From NCBI GenBank assembly GCA_918797485.1, contig CAKKNE010000002.1, positions 4,402,001 to 4,466,000 of the forward strand: 64,000 bases of DNA, read 5' to 3'. Source of the stretch: Pelagomonas calceolata (lineage: Eukaryota). Made by a program: the position numbers and the translations under genes. The notes beneath the pieces were generated by a model. It had not been told where the DNA came from. It did not search any database and saw only the letters and a program-made list of their open reading frames with translations. Positions 50,465 through 60,158 of this stretch are shown piece by piece. Numbering within the stretch: position 1 is the stretch's first letter; each line of letters opens with the position of its first letter.

Positions 50465-53416
50465 CTACATCCCCATACTTATCTCCTTCCACCGTCGTTC
50501 CGCGCGCCAGCCGTTCATCCCTATCCGGTCCCCCACGAGCCCCCAGTTCTTCTCCCCGCATTCCGCCACCGCCGCCCGCAGCGCCTCGTCCTGGACGTGC
50601 TGCTCGCAGTGGAGCGCCGTCCGACCGGTACCGAGACGAGATGCTATGGCACTCCAGTCGTCCCCCAGCTCCTCCCTGAGCAAAGCAAGGTGCTCCTTCT
50701 CGGCGCGGATCCAGGGCACCCTACCTAGGTCCAGGGTCATCCCGGCGTCGACCTGCGGTTCCTCCGCCTTTGAAGCTTCCTGAGCCTTGAGGATCTTCTG
50801 TTTCTTGTACTCCAGCGCTTGCAGAGATTTGTACAGCTCGGTCGCCTTCTCCTTGGCCGGGGCGATGCCTTCATCTTCATACGACTCGTCGTCGTCCTCG
50901 CTTTCCGGGATTGGACTATCCGGTCTCTGATAAGGTGCCGGCGCCGGCGGCGGGCCCCGCTCCACAATGCCTTCTCCATCCAAACCTTCCAGGTCGAAGA
51001 TGTCCCGGGCTCGCTCGAGACTCGCCGCCGTCTTCTCCTCGTCAATTTTTTTATAAGCCTCGGCCAGTGTCGTCAGAGCCACGGCGACCTTGACCGACTC
51101 CTTCCCGAACTCTCGTTCGTCGATAGCTAGGGCTCGTTCCAAAACAACAATCTGTCGCTCCGCGTTCCCGAACGACGCGTGCGCCGCGCCTGCACTATAG
51201 AGTGCCGACCTTATGCGAGGGTCGTCCTCACCATAAGCTTGTTCTTTTATGGACAAGATCCGTTCCATCACTTCGACCTTCTTGCTGCCTCGACTATCTG
51301 CCGCGTAGGCGTTCGCGAGATTGTACAGCGTCGCACACAACCTTAATGAGTCAGTACCGTACTCATGCTCCTCCATGTTGAGGGCCTTCTCCAGTAGTGT
51401 GCATTTCTCCTTCGCATCGCCTAGTGCACCGTGGGACTTCGCCAACGAAATTAAAGCTTGGGCCGACTCGCCGATCGTCAGGGACCGCTCCACCAGTTCT
51501 TTTTGTTTGTCAAAGGCGCCTCGATGTCCCATACAGACAGCTAGCAGGAGCAACGTCGAGGCGACCTCCGGCTCCATGTGCAACTCTTCATAGATCGATA
51601 GCGCTTCTTCGACCATAGGCTCCATCCGCTCGTCGCCTAGGTCGCCATACGTCTCGCCGATGCCCGCGAGCACATACGCGACGCGCTCGCTCCTCCTTCC
51701 ATGTAAAGCTTCGTACATCGGTAAAGCTCTCTGAAACAAGTCCCGCTTGCCGGCGTGGTCGCCGAGACAGCCGCGCGCGTTACCTAGATCCACCAAAGGA
51801 TTGGCTAGAGCAGCCCCATGCTCCGTGTAGATCTCTAACGCTCTAGAAAACGCCTCCGACGCTTCTTTAAATAACCCAAGGTCGCCCCGCGCGTTGCCCA
51901 CGTTACTCAGCACGACCCCTACTCTAATATCCGTATACCCGTACTGCTGCTCGTTTATGACCAAGGCTCGCTCGAGATAGTCTCTGGCGGACTTGACTTC
52001 TCCCAAATCTGTCAAAGCCTTGCCGAGATTATTCAGCGTAACCCCAACGGTCGGATGATTTGAACCGTAGACGTCTTCCTTGATCGACAACGCTCTGACA
52101 AGACAGTCGCGCATGCCCGCGGCGTCCCCTAGAGCGCCTTTTGCCGCTCCTAAATTACCTAACACGGCGGCGACTTTCACACTATCCGTCCCATGATCCC
52201 GCTCGTACAATGGCAAAGCTCGCGTCAAACATTTAACTTTTCTCGTCGGCTCCGTTTCGCACGAAGCTAGCTTCACGAGGGCCGTCGCGACTGACCGATG
52301 GTCTTTCCCTTTGGCCTCCTCCGTCAACAGGACAATCTTCCTCCTCAAGGATCGCAAATCAACGTCCGCGCTCTCGAGGAGGTCTGCGACGCTTTCCAGT
52401 AAAAGGTGGTCGTCTCTCGTAATCAATCGCGACGTGAGGTCCTTCAATGAACTAGATTCGGCCAACGGGAGCTGCGCGAAGAGCAGAGCGCGGTCTCGCA
52501 CAGCCCTATCCGCCCCCAAAAAGACGGCTCGGAAGAACTGCGCGCCGACGCTACCATTGTCTGCCAAGATAGCCTCGTAGGTAGCTGGCAGCGTCAATAG
52601 CACGTCCTTTCTCTGTTTGAGTTGTGTTTGTGACGCATCGAGGAAAAACGGCCGGAAGAAGCAGTACGACGCGTAGGACGACTTACTGTAGACCTCCCGC
52701 AAATGGAGCTGGAGCTCGCAGAGGTGCTCCGCCTCCCCAAGAGGCACGGCAACCGTTAACAGCAAGTCCTTGTATCCCGTTATACCGGGTTTGTCGAAGC
52801 GGTTCTTGACGCGCACGATATCCAGGCCGCGACGAAGCTTCTCGTAGAGCTCCAGGAGGTCCAACTCCGTCTCTGCCACTATCGATCCTCGCACCACATC
52901 CAAAATACGAGCCGCATCGCCTCCATAGCGTGTTTTGGCCTTCTCGGCGCAGCGACTTCGCGGCTTGAGCGGCTCGACGACGAACAGGGGCTCAGCTGGA
53001 GCTTCGGCGTACGCGGCCGGCGCCGGCGCCGGCGCCTCGGCGTACTCGCTGAAGCGCAGCGCCTGGTCCACCAGCTCCCCAAAAATGTCGCGGGCCTGTT
53101 GCGCCACGACGTACAGCGACTCGAAGTCGACCTCGGAACCATTAGCTTCGCGCTGGCGTTTTGACTTGTCCAGCGCAACGCCTTCAATATCACGCAGGTC
53201 ACGACCGTAGGGCGCCAATTCGTTATGTTGTTCCTTGAAGCGCTCGAGGTTCCTCCATAAAACGGCCTTCGGGTCGGCGGCGTAGCGACTGAGCGTCTCC
53301 GTGTCAATGGTGCCACCCGAGGCGGCCCCGTCGAAGGCGGCCGCGTCGCAGGCCACGCCGATGACCGCGAGGACCTCGTCCTTGGTCCAGCGCTGCGTCG
53401 AGGCGCCGGCGCCCAT
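50465..53416 (-). CDS. RelA/SpoT-like nucleotidyltransferase domain + TPR array + Myb-like C-terminus; MGAGAS myristoylation-like start
   Basis: LKPRSR..EK, ILDVVRGSIV, VKNRF, GYKD, CELQLH; TPR repeats LNNLG...ALVINEQQYG; WSAIASRLGTGRT..C. Confidence 0.75.
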   Translation of the reverse strand: MGAGASTQRWTKDEVLAVIGVACDAAAFDGAASGGTIDTETLSRYAADPKAVLWRNLERFKEQHNELAPYGRDLRDIEGVALDKSKRQREANGSEVDFESLYVVAQQARDIFGELVDQALRFSEYAEAPAPAPAAYAEAPAEPLFVVEPLKPRSRCAEKAKTRYGGDAARILDVVRGSIVAETELDLLELYEKLRRGLDIVRVKNRFDKPGITGYKDLLLTVAVPLGEAEHLCELQLHLREVYSKSSYASYCFFRPFFLDASQTQLKQRKDVLLTLPATYEAILADNGSVGAQFFRAVFLGADRAVRDRALLFAQLPLAESSSLKDLTSRLITRDDHLLLESVADLLESADVDLRSLRRKIVLLTEEAKGKDHRSVATALVKLASCETEPTRKVKCLTRALPLYERDHGTDSVKVAAVLGNLGAAKGALGDAAGMRDCLVRALSIKEDVYGSNHPTVGVTLNNLGKALTDLGEVKSARDYLERALVINEQQYGYTDIRVGVVLSNVGNARGDLGLFKEASEAFSRALEIYTEHGAALANPLVDLGNARGCLGDHAGKRDLFQRALPMYEALHGRRSERVAYVLAGIGETYGDLGDERMEPMVEEALSIYEELHMEPEVASTLLLLAVCMGHRGAFDKQKELVERSLTIGESAQALISLAKSHGALGDAKEKCTLLEKALNMEEHEYGTDSLRLCATLYNLANAYAADSRGSKKVEVMERILSIKEQAYGEDDPRIRSALYSAGAAHASFGNAERQIVVLERALAIDEREFGKESVKVAVALTTLAEAYKKIDEEKTAASLERARDIFDLEGLDGEGIVERGPPPAPAPYQRPDSPIPESEDDDESYEDEGIAPAKEKATELYKSLQALEYKKQKILKAQEASKAEEPQVDAGMTLDLGRVPWIRAEKEHLALLREELGDDWSAIASRLGTGRTALHCEQHVQDEALRAAVAECGEKNWGLVGDRIGMNGWRAERRWKEISMGM

Positions 53417-53570
53417 GGTATGGTGGTGGGCAGCCCTTTTACTCAGGCGTCGGCGGACGCAGCGGTAACGTCGTCGTTGTTTAGAGCAGCGGACACGTCG
53501 CGGCGTCCCTTGCGGTCGTGTCCCGGCTGTGTGCCGCCTGGCAGTGTCTCAGCCTCTCAGGCGCTAGATT

Positions 53571-53595
53571 GCTAGTGTCTCACAGAGACGCTAGC
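53571..53595 (+). promoter_or_regulatory. CTAG-bounded motif copy (GCTAGTGTCTCACAGAGACGCTAGC)
   Basis: Divergent spacer; a degenerate partial copy immediately precedes it. Confidence 0.7.
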
Positions 53596-53719
53596 AGCAC
53601 TTATCTCCACTTTTTCGCGCCGCTGGCGGCTCCCAGGGCCATAGCCGTGCTCGTTGCAGAGCTATAGAGAGCCTGTCTGCAGTGCTGCGTCGAACTAGCA
53701 GCGGTCTGAATTCTGCAGC

Positions 53720-55882
53720 ATGGCTGCTCGCAATAATGCATACTCAATGGAAAAGCTCGTAAGCGGCGTGCGGCGGGCCATAATTACGCTACCACCGGAC
53801 GAGTCTGGAGCCATACTTGCCGCTGTGCAAGCAGCGTTATACAAACTGGTAACACGCGAGGACGTCGATGCGCATATGTCGGCGCGCGACGTCGCCAAGG
53901 TGCTGCGCTCCGAGGCGAAGCGGCATAACAGCGCAAAGGCTGCTGCTGCTTTCGCGGAGGGCGGCGGTGCGGCGGCGGCGGTAGCTGCTGTGGAGAGTTG
54001 TACTGCCCGTATTGCTCGTTTCAACGAATCTCCGGAACGGATGAAAGCGACATCCGACAGCTTTGCAGCTCTCGCGGACCTAGCGGCAGCCGGTGGTGCA
54101 GCGCATGCCGCTGTGGTCGCGGCCGGCGCGGCGGCTTCGGTGACAGACGTACTCTCTACGTTTCACGGGGGAGATTTCTCGCCAATCTACACCCAGGCGT
54201 GCCGCTTGGCCGGGAACCTGTGCTTCGGCGGCGCCCACGATTTTGGCGATGACGCTTACACGTTTGCCATAGTGGCAATGAATGCCAACGACGCAACGGC
54301 CTTTCGCTGGGCCGCGCACGCGCTCTGGAACGCGTGCACGCACTCGCCGGATACGCGCGATGTGCTCCACAAGACTATGGCAGTCCAGTCGCTCGTGAAA
54401 GGCGCTTTACGCTTTCCGGGCACCCCGCGCGCATACGGCCTCCGCGCGCTAGCCTACCTCGTGCTCGGGTCAGAGCGGCGGCGCAAGTCAGCGTTGCGAG
54501 CCAACGTGGCGCTCGTCCTCTCGGACGCGACGTGCGACGAACCGGCGACAGCGGCCGCGGCATTGCTGTGCATATCGTCAATCGTCGGGCCCTGCGGCAC
54601 GGCCCATCTTGCGCGCTGGCCCGGAGTCGCGGACCGGGCCGACGGCCTCGCCAATATTACTGCAAAGCTCGCGGCCGTCGCCTTGGAAGGCGGTGGCGAC
54701 GCAGCCGCTGTGTCCGCCGGCATTGTCGCCGTGGCGCGCGGCGCGCGCGACCCGCGGCCGCTCCGAGCCGCCGTGATGCCGCTGCTGCGAGTTGCGATCG
54801 AAAGCGCGACGCGGCCGCGCGCGCGGAAAGCGCTTGGCGCCGCGCTGCACGCTCTGCAGCCGCGGCGCCACCTCTACAACGTCGGTGCCGAGGCCGAAGC
54901 TGCTGGTAGGGCCGTCCCCAAAAATATGCAGATCCTCCGGAAGGATCTCGCACAGCTACCGTGGGTGCTCGCGCGACCCGGCGACGTCGTCGTCGCGCCG
55001 CCGCTCTCCGAATCACTCGCTGCGCGCCTCGAGGCCGCCGGCGTGGCGCGGGAGACGCTCCCTTCGTTTGGAGATGCTTCGCTGGGCCAGCTCGCGCTGC
55101 CGGACGACGTCTTGCGCACTGTGCTCGGCTATCTCGTCGACGCGCCGTGGGCGGTCGCCGACGAGCGGCTCCGACGGTCGCGCGTCACGCGCTACCGCGA
55201 CGGCGACGTCGTCGTGTGCGCGAGTCTGGACGACGTGGCGGCCGCGGCGCGCGCCAACGACGAAGGTACGATTCTCAAGGCCGAGTACTCGTCGAGCGGC
55301 CTGGGCGCGCGCACAGTGGCTCGTGAGCTCACGGAGCAGGATGTGGCCTGGGCGCGGAATCGGCTGAAGGCCGACGGCGTATTGACGGCGGAGCCGCGCT
55401 ACGAGCTCGAGGCGGAATTTACTCTCGAGTGGTACGATGGGTTCTTTTGCGGCGTGTCGCGGCCGATAGTGTTGCCACCAGGTCGCTGGCATGGCCAGCA
55501 ACTCGGCGCCACGGATGATCTTGCGACCGACGTTAAGGAGTTCTTACGAGATAATGTGATCGAGAATGACGTCGCGGCGCTGTGTGACGACGTGCCGGGC
55601 ACGTGCGGCTCGGCCACGTGTGGCCTCGACGTGGGCCTCGTACGGGGCGACACGAAGGTCCTTGAGTGCAACGCGCGCACGACGATGTCGCACATCGCCC
55701 TGGCGGCGAAGCGCCGCGTGCCGAACGCGTCGCGCTTCCTCGTACTACCGAAGCGCGACCTCGCGCCGCACCACCTACCCCTGACGGACGGCGAACATTT
55801 CGTCGCTGTTCTCGAGCTCGGCGACGACTCGGGGCCGTTTCCTTTTCTGGATGAAAATGACGACGTCGTGATAAGATGGTAA
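53720..55882 (+). CDS. ARM-repeat N-terminus fused to an ATP-grasp-like domain
   Basis: ILKAEYSSSGLG, AEPRY, GLDV, LECNARTTMSHIA. Confidence 0.62.
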   Translation: MAARNNAYSMEKLVSGVRRAIITLPPDESGAILAAVQAALYKLVTREDVDAHMSARDVAKVLRSEAKRHNSAKAAAAFAEGGGAAAAVAAVESCTARIARFNESPERMKATSDSFAALADLAAAGGAAHAAVVAAGAAASVTDVLSTFHGGDFSPIYTQACRLAGNLCFGGAHDFGDDAYTFAIVAMNANDATAFRWAAHALWNACTHSPDTRDVLHKTMAVQSLVKGALRFPGTPRAYGLRALAYLVLGSERRRKSALRANVALVLSDATCDEPATAAAALLCISSIVGPCGTAHLARWPGVADRADGLANITAKLAAVALEGGGDAAAVSAGIVAVARGARDPRPLRAAVMPLLRVAIESATRPRARKALGAALHALQPRRHLYNVGAEAEAAGRAVPKNMQILRKDLAQLPWVLARPGDVVVAPPLSESLAARLEAAGVARETLPSFGDASLGQLALPDDVLRTVLGYLVDAPWAVADERLRRSRVTRYRDGDVVVCASLDDVAAAARANDEGTILKAEYSSSGLGARTVARELTEQDVAWARNRLKADGVLTAEPRYELEAEFTLEWYDGFFCGVSRPIVLPPGRWHGQQLGATDDLATDVKEFLRDNVIENDVAALCDDVPGTCGSATCGLDVGLVRGDTKVLECNARTTMSHIALAAKRRVPNASRFLVLPKRDLAPHHLPLTDGEHFVAVLELGDDSGPFPFLDENDDVVIRW

Positions 55883-55926
55883 TCTTGACTTCGATAAATT
55901 TAGTACGATACAAATCGGGACGGACC

Positions 55927-57671
55927 CTAGAAGCGCGTGATGTCTCTTCCAAATACGCGGTCCCGCACCCAGTCGCCCGCGACGAGGACGCGATTCCGCA
56001 GCGACACCTGCTTCGCGAGGTAGACGCTCCGCCAGAGCGCGAAGGCGCGGCGGCCCGTGTCTTTGACTGTGTGGAAATCAACTGTAAGGCGCCCGGCGCG
56101 ATCGACGCAATCTATTTCACGCAGGCAAAAAGACGGGTCGAGTCGCCCAGCGACACTTGAGCTAGAGCCTTCGAGTCGCCGACGTAGGCCAGGATGCCCA
56201 GGTTCAGGAACTGGAACGGGCGCGCTACCACAGAGTCGCCTTCCGTCTCGCAGAACAACTCGTCCAACCGCCGCCCGCCGGCGCGGCACGGTTTCGCCGC
56301 GCCGAGGTCGTAGCGGCCCGCGCCTCTCAGCAGACCGGCGAGGTACTCGCCCTGCTGCGCCGCGACTTGCGCAGTGGCGGGTAAGGGAGGCGCACCACAA
56401 GCACAATCTCCCAACGCGTAGACCTCGCCGCGCGGCGCCCCGAGCACACGAAGCCAGGGGTCCACGGCCAACCGCCCCCTTGCGGTAGCCTGGGCCTCCG
56501 CCTGGGCGCCCTCTCCTAATGAAGACACCGTCTCGGACACGACAGACACGGCCCCATTACCCGTCGCCCAGACACAGAAGCCGTAGGGCACCGGGTCCGC
56601 TTCGCCTAGTAAAACGTGCGTCCCATTCACTTCAGTAACTTGCGCGCCGAGCTTGACGTCGACGCCGGCGATGTCCTGGTTGTCTGTGGCCAAACGTCTC
56701 ACTCGGAGCTCGTCCAGGGCCTCCGCTCTTAATGACGCGTCGAAGGCGCCCAGGACCTGGTCCGTGGCCTCAAGTAACGTGACTCGCGCTTCGCCAACTA
56801 AGTCTGGATAGTACCGCGCCGCGTCCGCCGCTAAGAAATCTCGTAACTCCCCGCAGAACTCCACGCCCGTCGGGCCCGCGCCGACGACGCAAAAGCTCAG
56901 AGCTCTCCGCCTTTCGTCGGCGGACAGAGTCGGTAGGGACGCTCGTTCGAAGGCGTTGCCGAGCGCTTTCCGAAGGCTGTCGGCGTCAGATATCTGCTTC
57001 AGAAATAAACAGTGCTCCCGCACGCCCGGGACACCGAACGTGTTGGTCGTCGCGCCGACCGCGATGACAACTCTATCATACGGCAACTCGAATTCATCAA
57101 TGGAACACTGACTCCCTTCGCAGACCACGGCCTCGCACACGACGACCTTGCGTTCCGTATCGACTGCGGTGGCCGTGGCTTCCACATACGCAGCGTGCTT
57201 GTTCAGACTGCGGACCGGTTGCGTGATGGAGCGGTATTCCACCGTCCCGACCGCCGCACCAGCCAGCATCGGCGTGAATAGGAAGTAGTTCCGCGGCGAC
57301 ACGACGGTAACCCGCTCACCGTTGCTCCCGAGCGCTCCCACTAACGCCGCGGCGCCCCAGCCGGAACCGAGCACAACAATATCCTCGGTGGGCTTCGCGG
57401 GGGCTTCGTCGCTCAACGAATCGGCGAGCTTCGAGCCGTACTGGAGCGTCCGCTCCCACAGCAGGGACGCGAATCCTAGAGGGTCCGTCGGCTCCGGCTG
57501 CGTCGTGGGCACGCGCGGCGCGTCCGCCTTCGCTGCGTTGCGGCGGGCGATCTCGTCGCGGAGGTCGTCCTCGGAGCCGGTGACTTGCAAACGCGTTTTG
57601 AGGCTGCGCGACGGCGTGTAGCGTGGCTGCAGCGCAACGGCGCCTGTTATGAGGGCGTAGAGACAGCGCAT
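55927..57671 (-). CDS. Type II NAD(P)H dehydrogenase (NDH-2) with an N-terminal signal; intron 56067-56134
   Basis: [61 protein letters not shown]. Confidence 0.9.
56067..56134 (-). mobile_element. Short Introner-like intron
   Basis: Minus strand GTCTTTTTGC-CTGCGTGAAAT...TTGATTTCCACACAG; removal gives [12 protein letters not shown]. Confidence 0.62.
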
Positions 57672-57878
57672 CCTTGCCTCGCAGTGTTTTGAGTGTTTCG
57701 CTCTCTCTCAGTGATTTTGCTCTCCAGTGTTTTGCTGACTGGATCTTGCTCTCTGAGATGCAAGCAGTTGTGCGCTGCAGCAATTGTGCTGCTTATGAGC
57801 TTGCAGAGCGACGACTGGTGTTGGCACCACTGCTGAATGGCCCGACTGCGGGTAGTGACGGAGTTGGATAAAAAGCGT

Positions 57879-57901
57879 GCTAGTGCCTTTCGGTTCGCTA
57901 G
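57879..57901 (+). promoter_or_regulatory. CTAG-bounded motif variant (GCTAGTGCCTTTCGGTTCGCTAG)
   Basis: Arms and spacing conserved; divergent spacer. Confidence 0.55.
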
Positions 57902-58098
57902 GTAATTATTGCACGCTGCGGGCGAGGCTGCCGCACGCATGCTCTAAGCCCCAACTGCAGGCTGTCAGCTACAGCACGGATTACCGAAGCGACGCACACG
58001 AGGCCTGACCAGTACTGCCTGTCGCAGCGCCCACCACTGCTCACCTGCAGCACTTGCTCTCCCTGCAGCAAAGAGAGCTGGACGCCAGCCGCGGAGCG

Positions 58099-58902
58099 AT
58101 GGCCAGCACACCGAATGACAAGTCCGAGGCCGAGCAGGCCGAAGAACTCACCGCGAAAATGCAAAAACTGACGCCCAACGTCGACGGCGCGCTCCAGGAC
58201 ACGACCTGGACCTGGGAAGACGACCTGCTCTACGCCTTACCCGCCAGAACCGCAAGAAAGTGTGCGCGTCGAGACTGCCCGAAGACGGAGCCCCTGGAGC
58301 CGCCGGAGGACACGGCGAAACGGTTCGCGGCTTGTGCGAAGTGCCAAACAGCAAGGTATTGCTCGAGGGAGTGCCAGATCCAGGACTGGAAGAAGGGCGG
58401 GCGGCACAAGCGCATGTGTCCCCAACTAATAGCGTTCAAGAACTTCGACCGAGATCAAAAAAGACGAGCGGTCATTGTTGGATGTCTCGGTAAAGTTAGA
58501 TTGTACGTCTTTCCCTTCTACGTCGGCAAGCGAGCTAAAGTAGGAGACGGCTTCCTGTTCCTGCAGTGTCCCGCGCCGCTGGAAGATTTCTTTTTTGACA
58601 CGGACGTGACGCGGTACGGCGAGCCGCAAAAGCGAGCTGTGGTGGCGTCCTACGTCACTCCCAAAGAATTCGACGATGAGCTCGTCGCGGCGGACTTTGA
58701 ACTGGCGCTGGCGCGGCGGGGTGTCCTCGAGGCCGTAGGTCAGGCCGACGATTCAAAAGCTGCGGTGCTGTGCAAGTTCCGCTGCGGCTTCGTCTGCGCG
58801 TTCGTTACCAAAATCGTGCCCGACGTGCGCGTGTGTGCGGCCTTATGTGCCGATTATGAGGAGATGGCGACGCTGCGGCTGAACATCGATGACGATTCAT
58901 AA
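58099..58902 (+). CDS. MYND zinc-finger protein
   Basis: CAKC..ARYCSRECQIQDW...HKRMC. Confidence 0.8.
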   Translation: MASTPNDKSEAEQAEELTAKMQKLTPNVDGALQDTTWTWEDDLLYALPARTARKCARRDCPKTEPLEPPEDTAKRFAACAKCQTARYCSRECQIQDWKKGGRHKRMCPQLIAFKNFDRDQKRRAVIVGCLGKVRLYVFPFYVGKRAKVGDGFLFLQCPAPLEDFFFDTDVTRYGEPQKRAVVASYVTPKEFDDELVAADFELALARRGVLEAVGQADDSKAAVLCKFRCGFVCAFVTKIVPDVRVCAALCADYEEMATLRLNIDDDS

Positions 58903-58943
58903 GAACATTACTTGTCTCGGGGCGACGGTGGCTAGGCGGGGCT

Positions 58944-59711
58944 CTATCGGTAGTTCGCCGTTTGCGCCTCGTAGGCCGACGGCGCCGGGCCCGTGTAGGA
59001 GTCGTCCATGGCCACCGGCGGCGGCTGGACCGCGGCCAACGTCACGGGCTCGCCGCGCACCGTCGCGACGGGCGGCTGCGCCGTCGCCGTGGTGGCGTGC
59101 GACCGGCGGCGTCCTTGCGTGGCGTCCATGCCGAGCTTGCGCAATTCATCAAGCAACAGCCGCGTGTAGTTCGCCGTGGCCGCGTACAATATGAAGAAGG
59201 CGAGGTTGACGACGAAGGCCACAAAAGCCAGGAAGATGAGCGAGATGAGCACCGTCAGGGCCGAGACGGCCGCGAAGACGATGTAGATCGCGTAGAAGGT
59301 CGTGAGGTAGCCGCAGCCGCAGCCGCCGCAGCAGGGCGGGTTCTTCTTGCGCACGCCCTGCACGCCCAAATACAGAATCACCAAAGAGAAGAAGATGTAG
59401 ACCGAGTACTCCGCCACGAGGAGGTCCCGGCCCTCCATGGCCCAGAACGCAATATACACAGCTCGGATCGTGACGATGACGACGGCGTTCACGACGGCGA
59501 GCTGTAATACTCGAGTAGACAGGCGGTGGATCTTTTTTGCGGATTCGGGGTTCACGTCGTCGTAGCCGTTGCGGATGGAGAAGACGCTGTTCGCGTCGGC
59601 CGGGATCCCCGGAACTAAGGAAACATAGGTCGTCTCGGCGTTCGGCTGGAGGGGGTTGGCCGTCGGGACCTCGATGTCGGCGGCGGGCGGCGCGCCGTCG
59701 GCGGTCATCAT
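58944..59711 (-). CDS. Four-transmembrane hypothetical protein
   Basis: Four hydrophobic helices and a Cys-rich loop. Confidence 0.65.
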   Translation of the reverse strand: MMTADGAPPAADIEVPTANPLQPNAETTYVSLVPGIPADANSVFSIRNGYDDVNPESAKKIHRLSTRVLQLAVVNAVVIVTIRAVYIAFWAMEGRDLLVAEYSVYIFFSLVILYLGVQGVRKKNPPCCGGCGCGYLTTFYAIYIVFAAVSALTVLISLIFLAFVAFVVNLAFFILYAATANYTRLLLDELRKLGMDATQGRRRSHATTATAQPPVATVRGEPVTLAAVQPPPVAMDDSYTGPAPSAYEAQTANYR

Positions 59712-60158
59712 GGTTGCGCTGCGCTTTGCTGCTGAGTGTGCAGTTTTTGCTGGGCCGCAAACGACGCGGTTGGCGCAGTTTCCCGTCGGTTCGCGTCGAT
59801 CACGTAAAGAATGTGTCAATTTGGCGCGCAGGAAACCTAAAGCACACAACAGCTCCACTCGATTGGCCAGCCAAAATGAGACATTTTCTTGTGACGGGTT
59901 TTCGCGATTTGCGCGCGACCCATAGAGAGCCGCGATCTCGCAAGCCCCGACCCGCTCGGTACCGCCGGGAGACTGGCCGCTCGGGAAACCCGGCACAAGT
60001 CCAAAACTTGGCAAACTGGCAAAGCCCAGCCGCCGAGTACGCGCCGATTCTGGGTGCGTACGGCCTAAGCAAGGAAGCGCCGGCACGTAGGACACCGTAG
60101 CAGCCGAAACAACGCGAAGGGGCAGCCGCCGCCGCCGTAAAAAGCCCACCGAGACACG

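Noticed and set aside
102..57901. CTAG motif as CRISPR repeats or Helitron 3' ends
   Set aside because: Copies are kilobases apart with no spacer array or cas genes, and no shared flanking sequence extends beyond the motif
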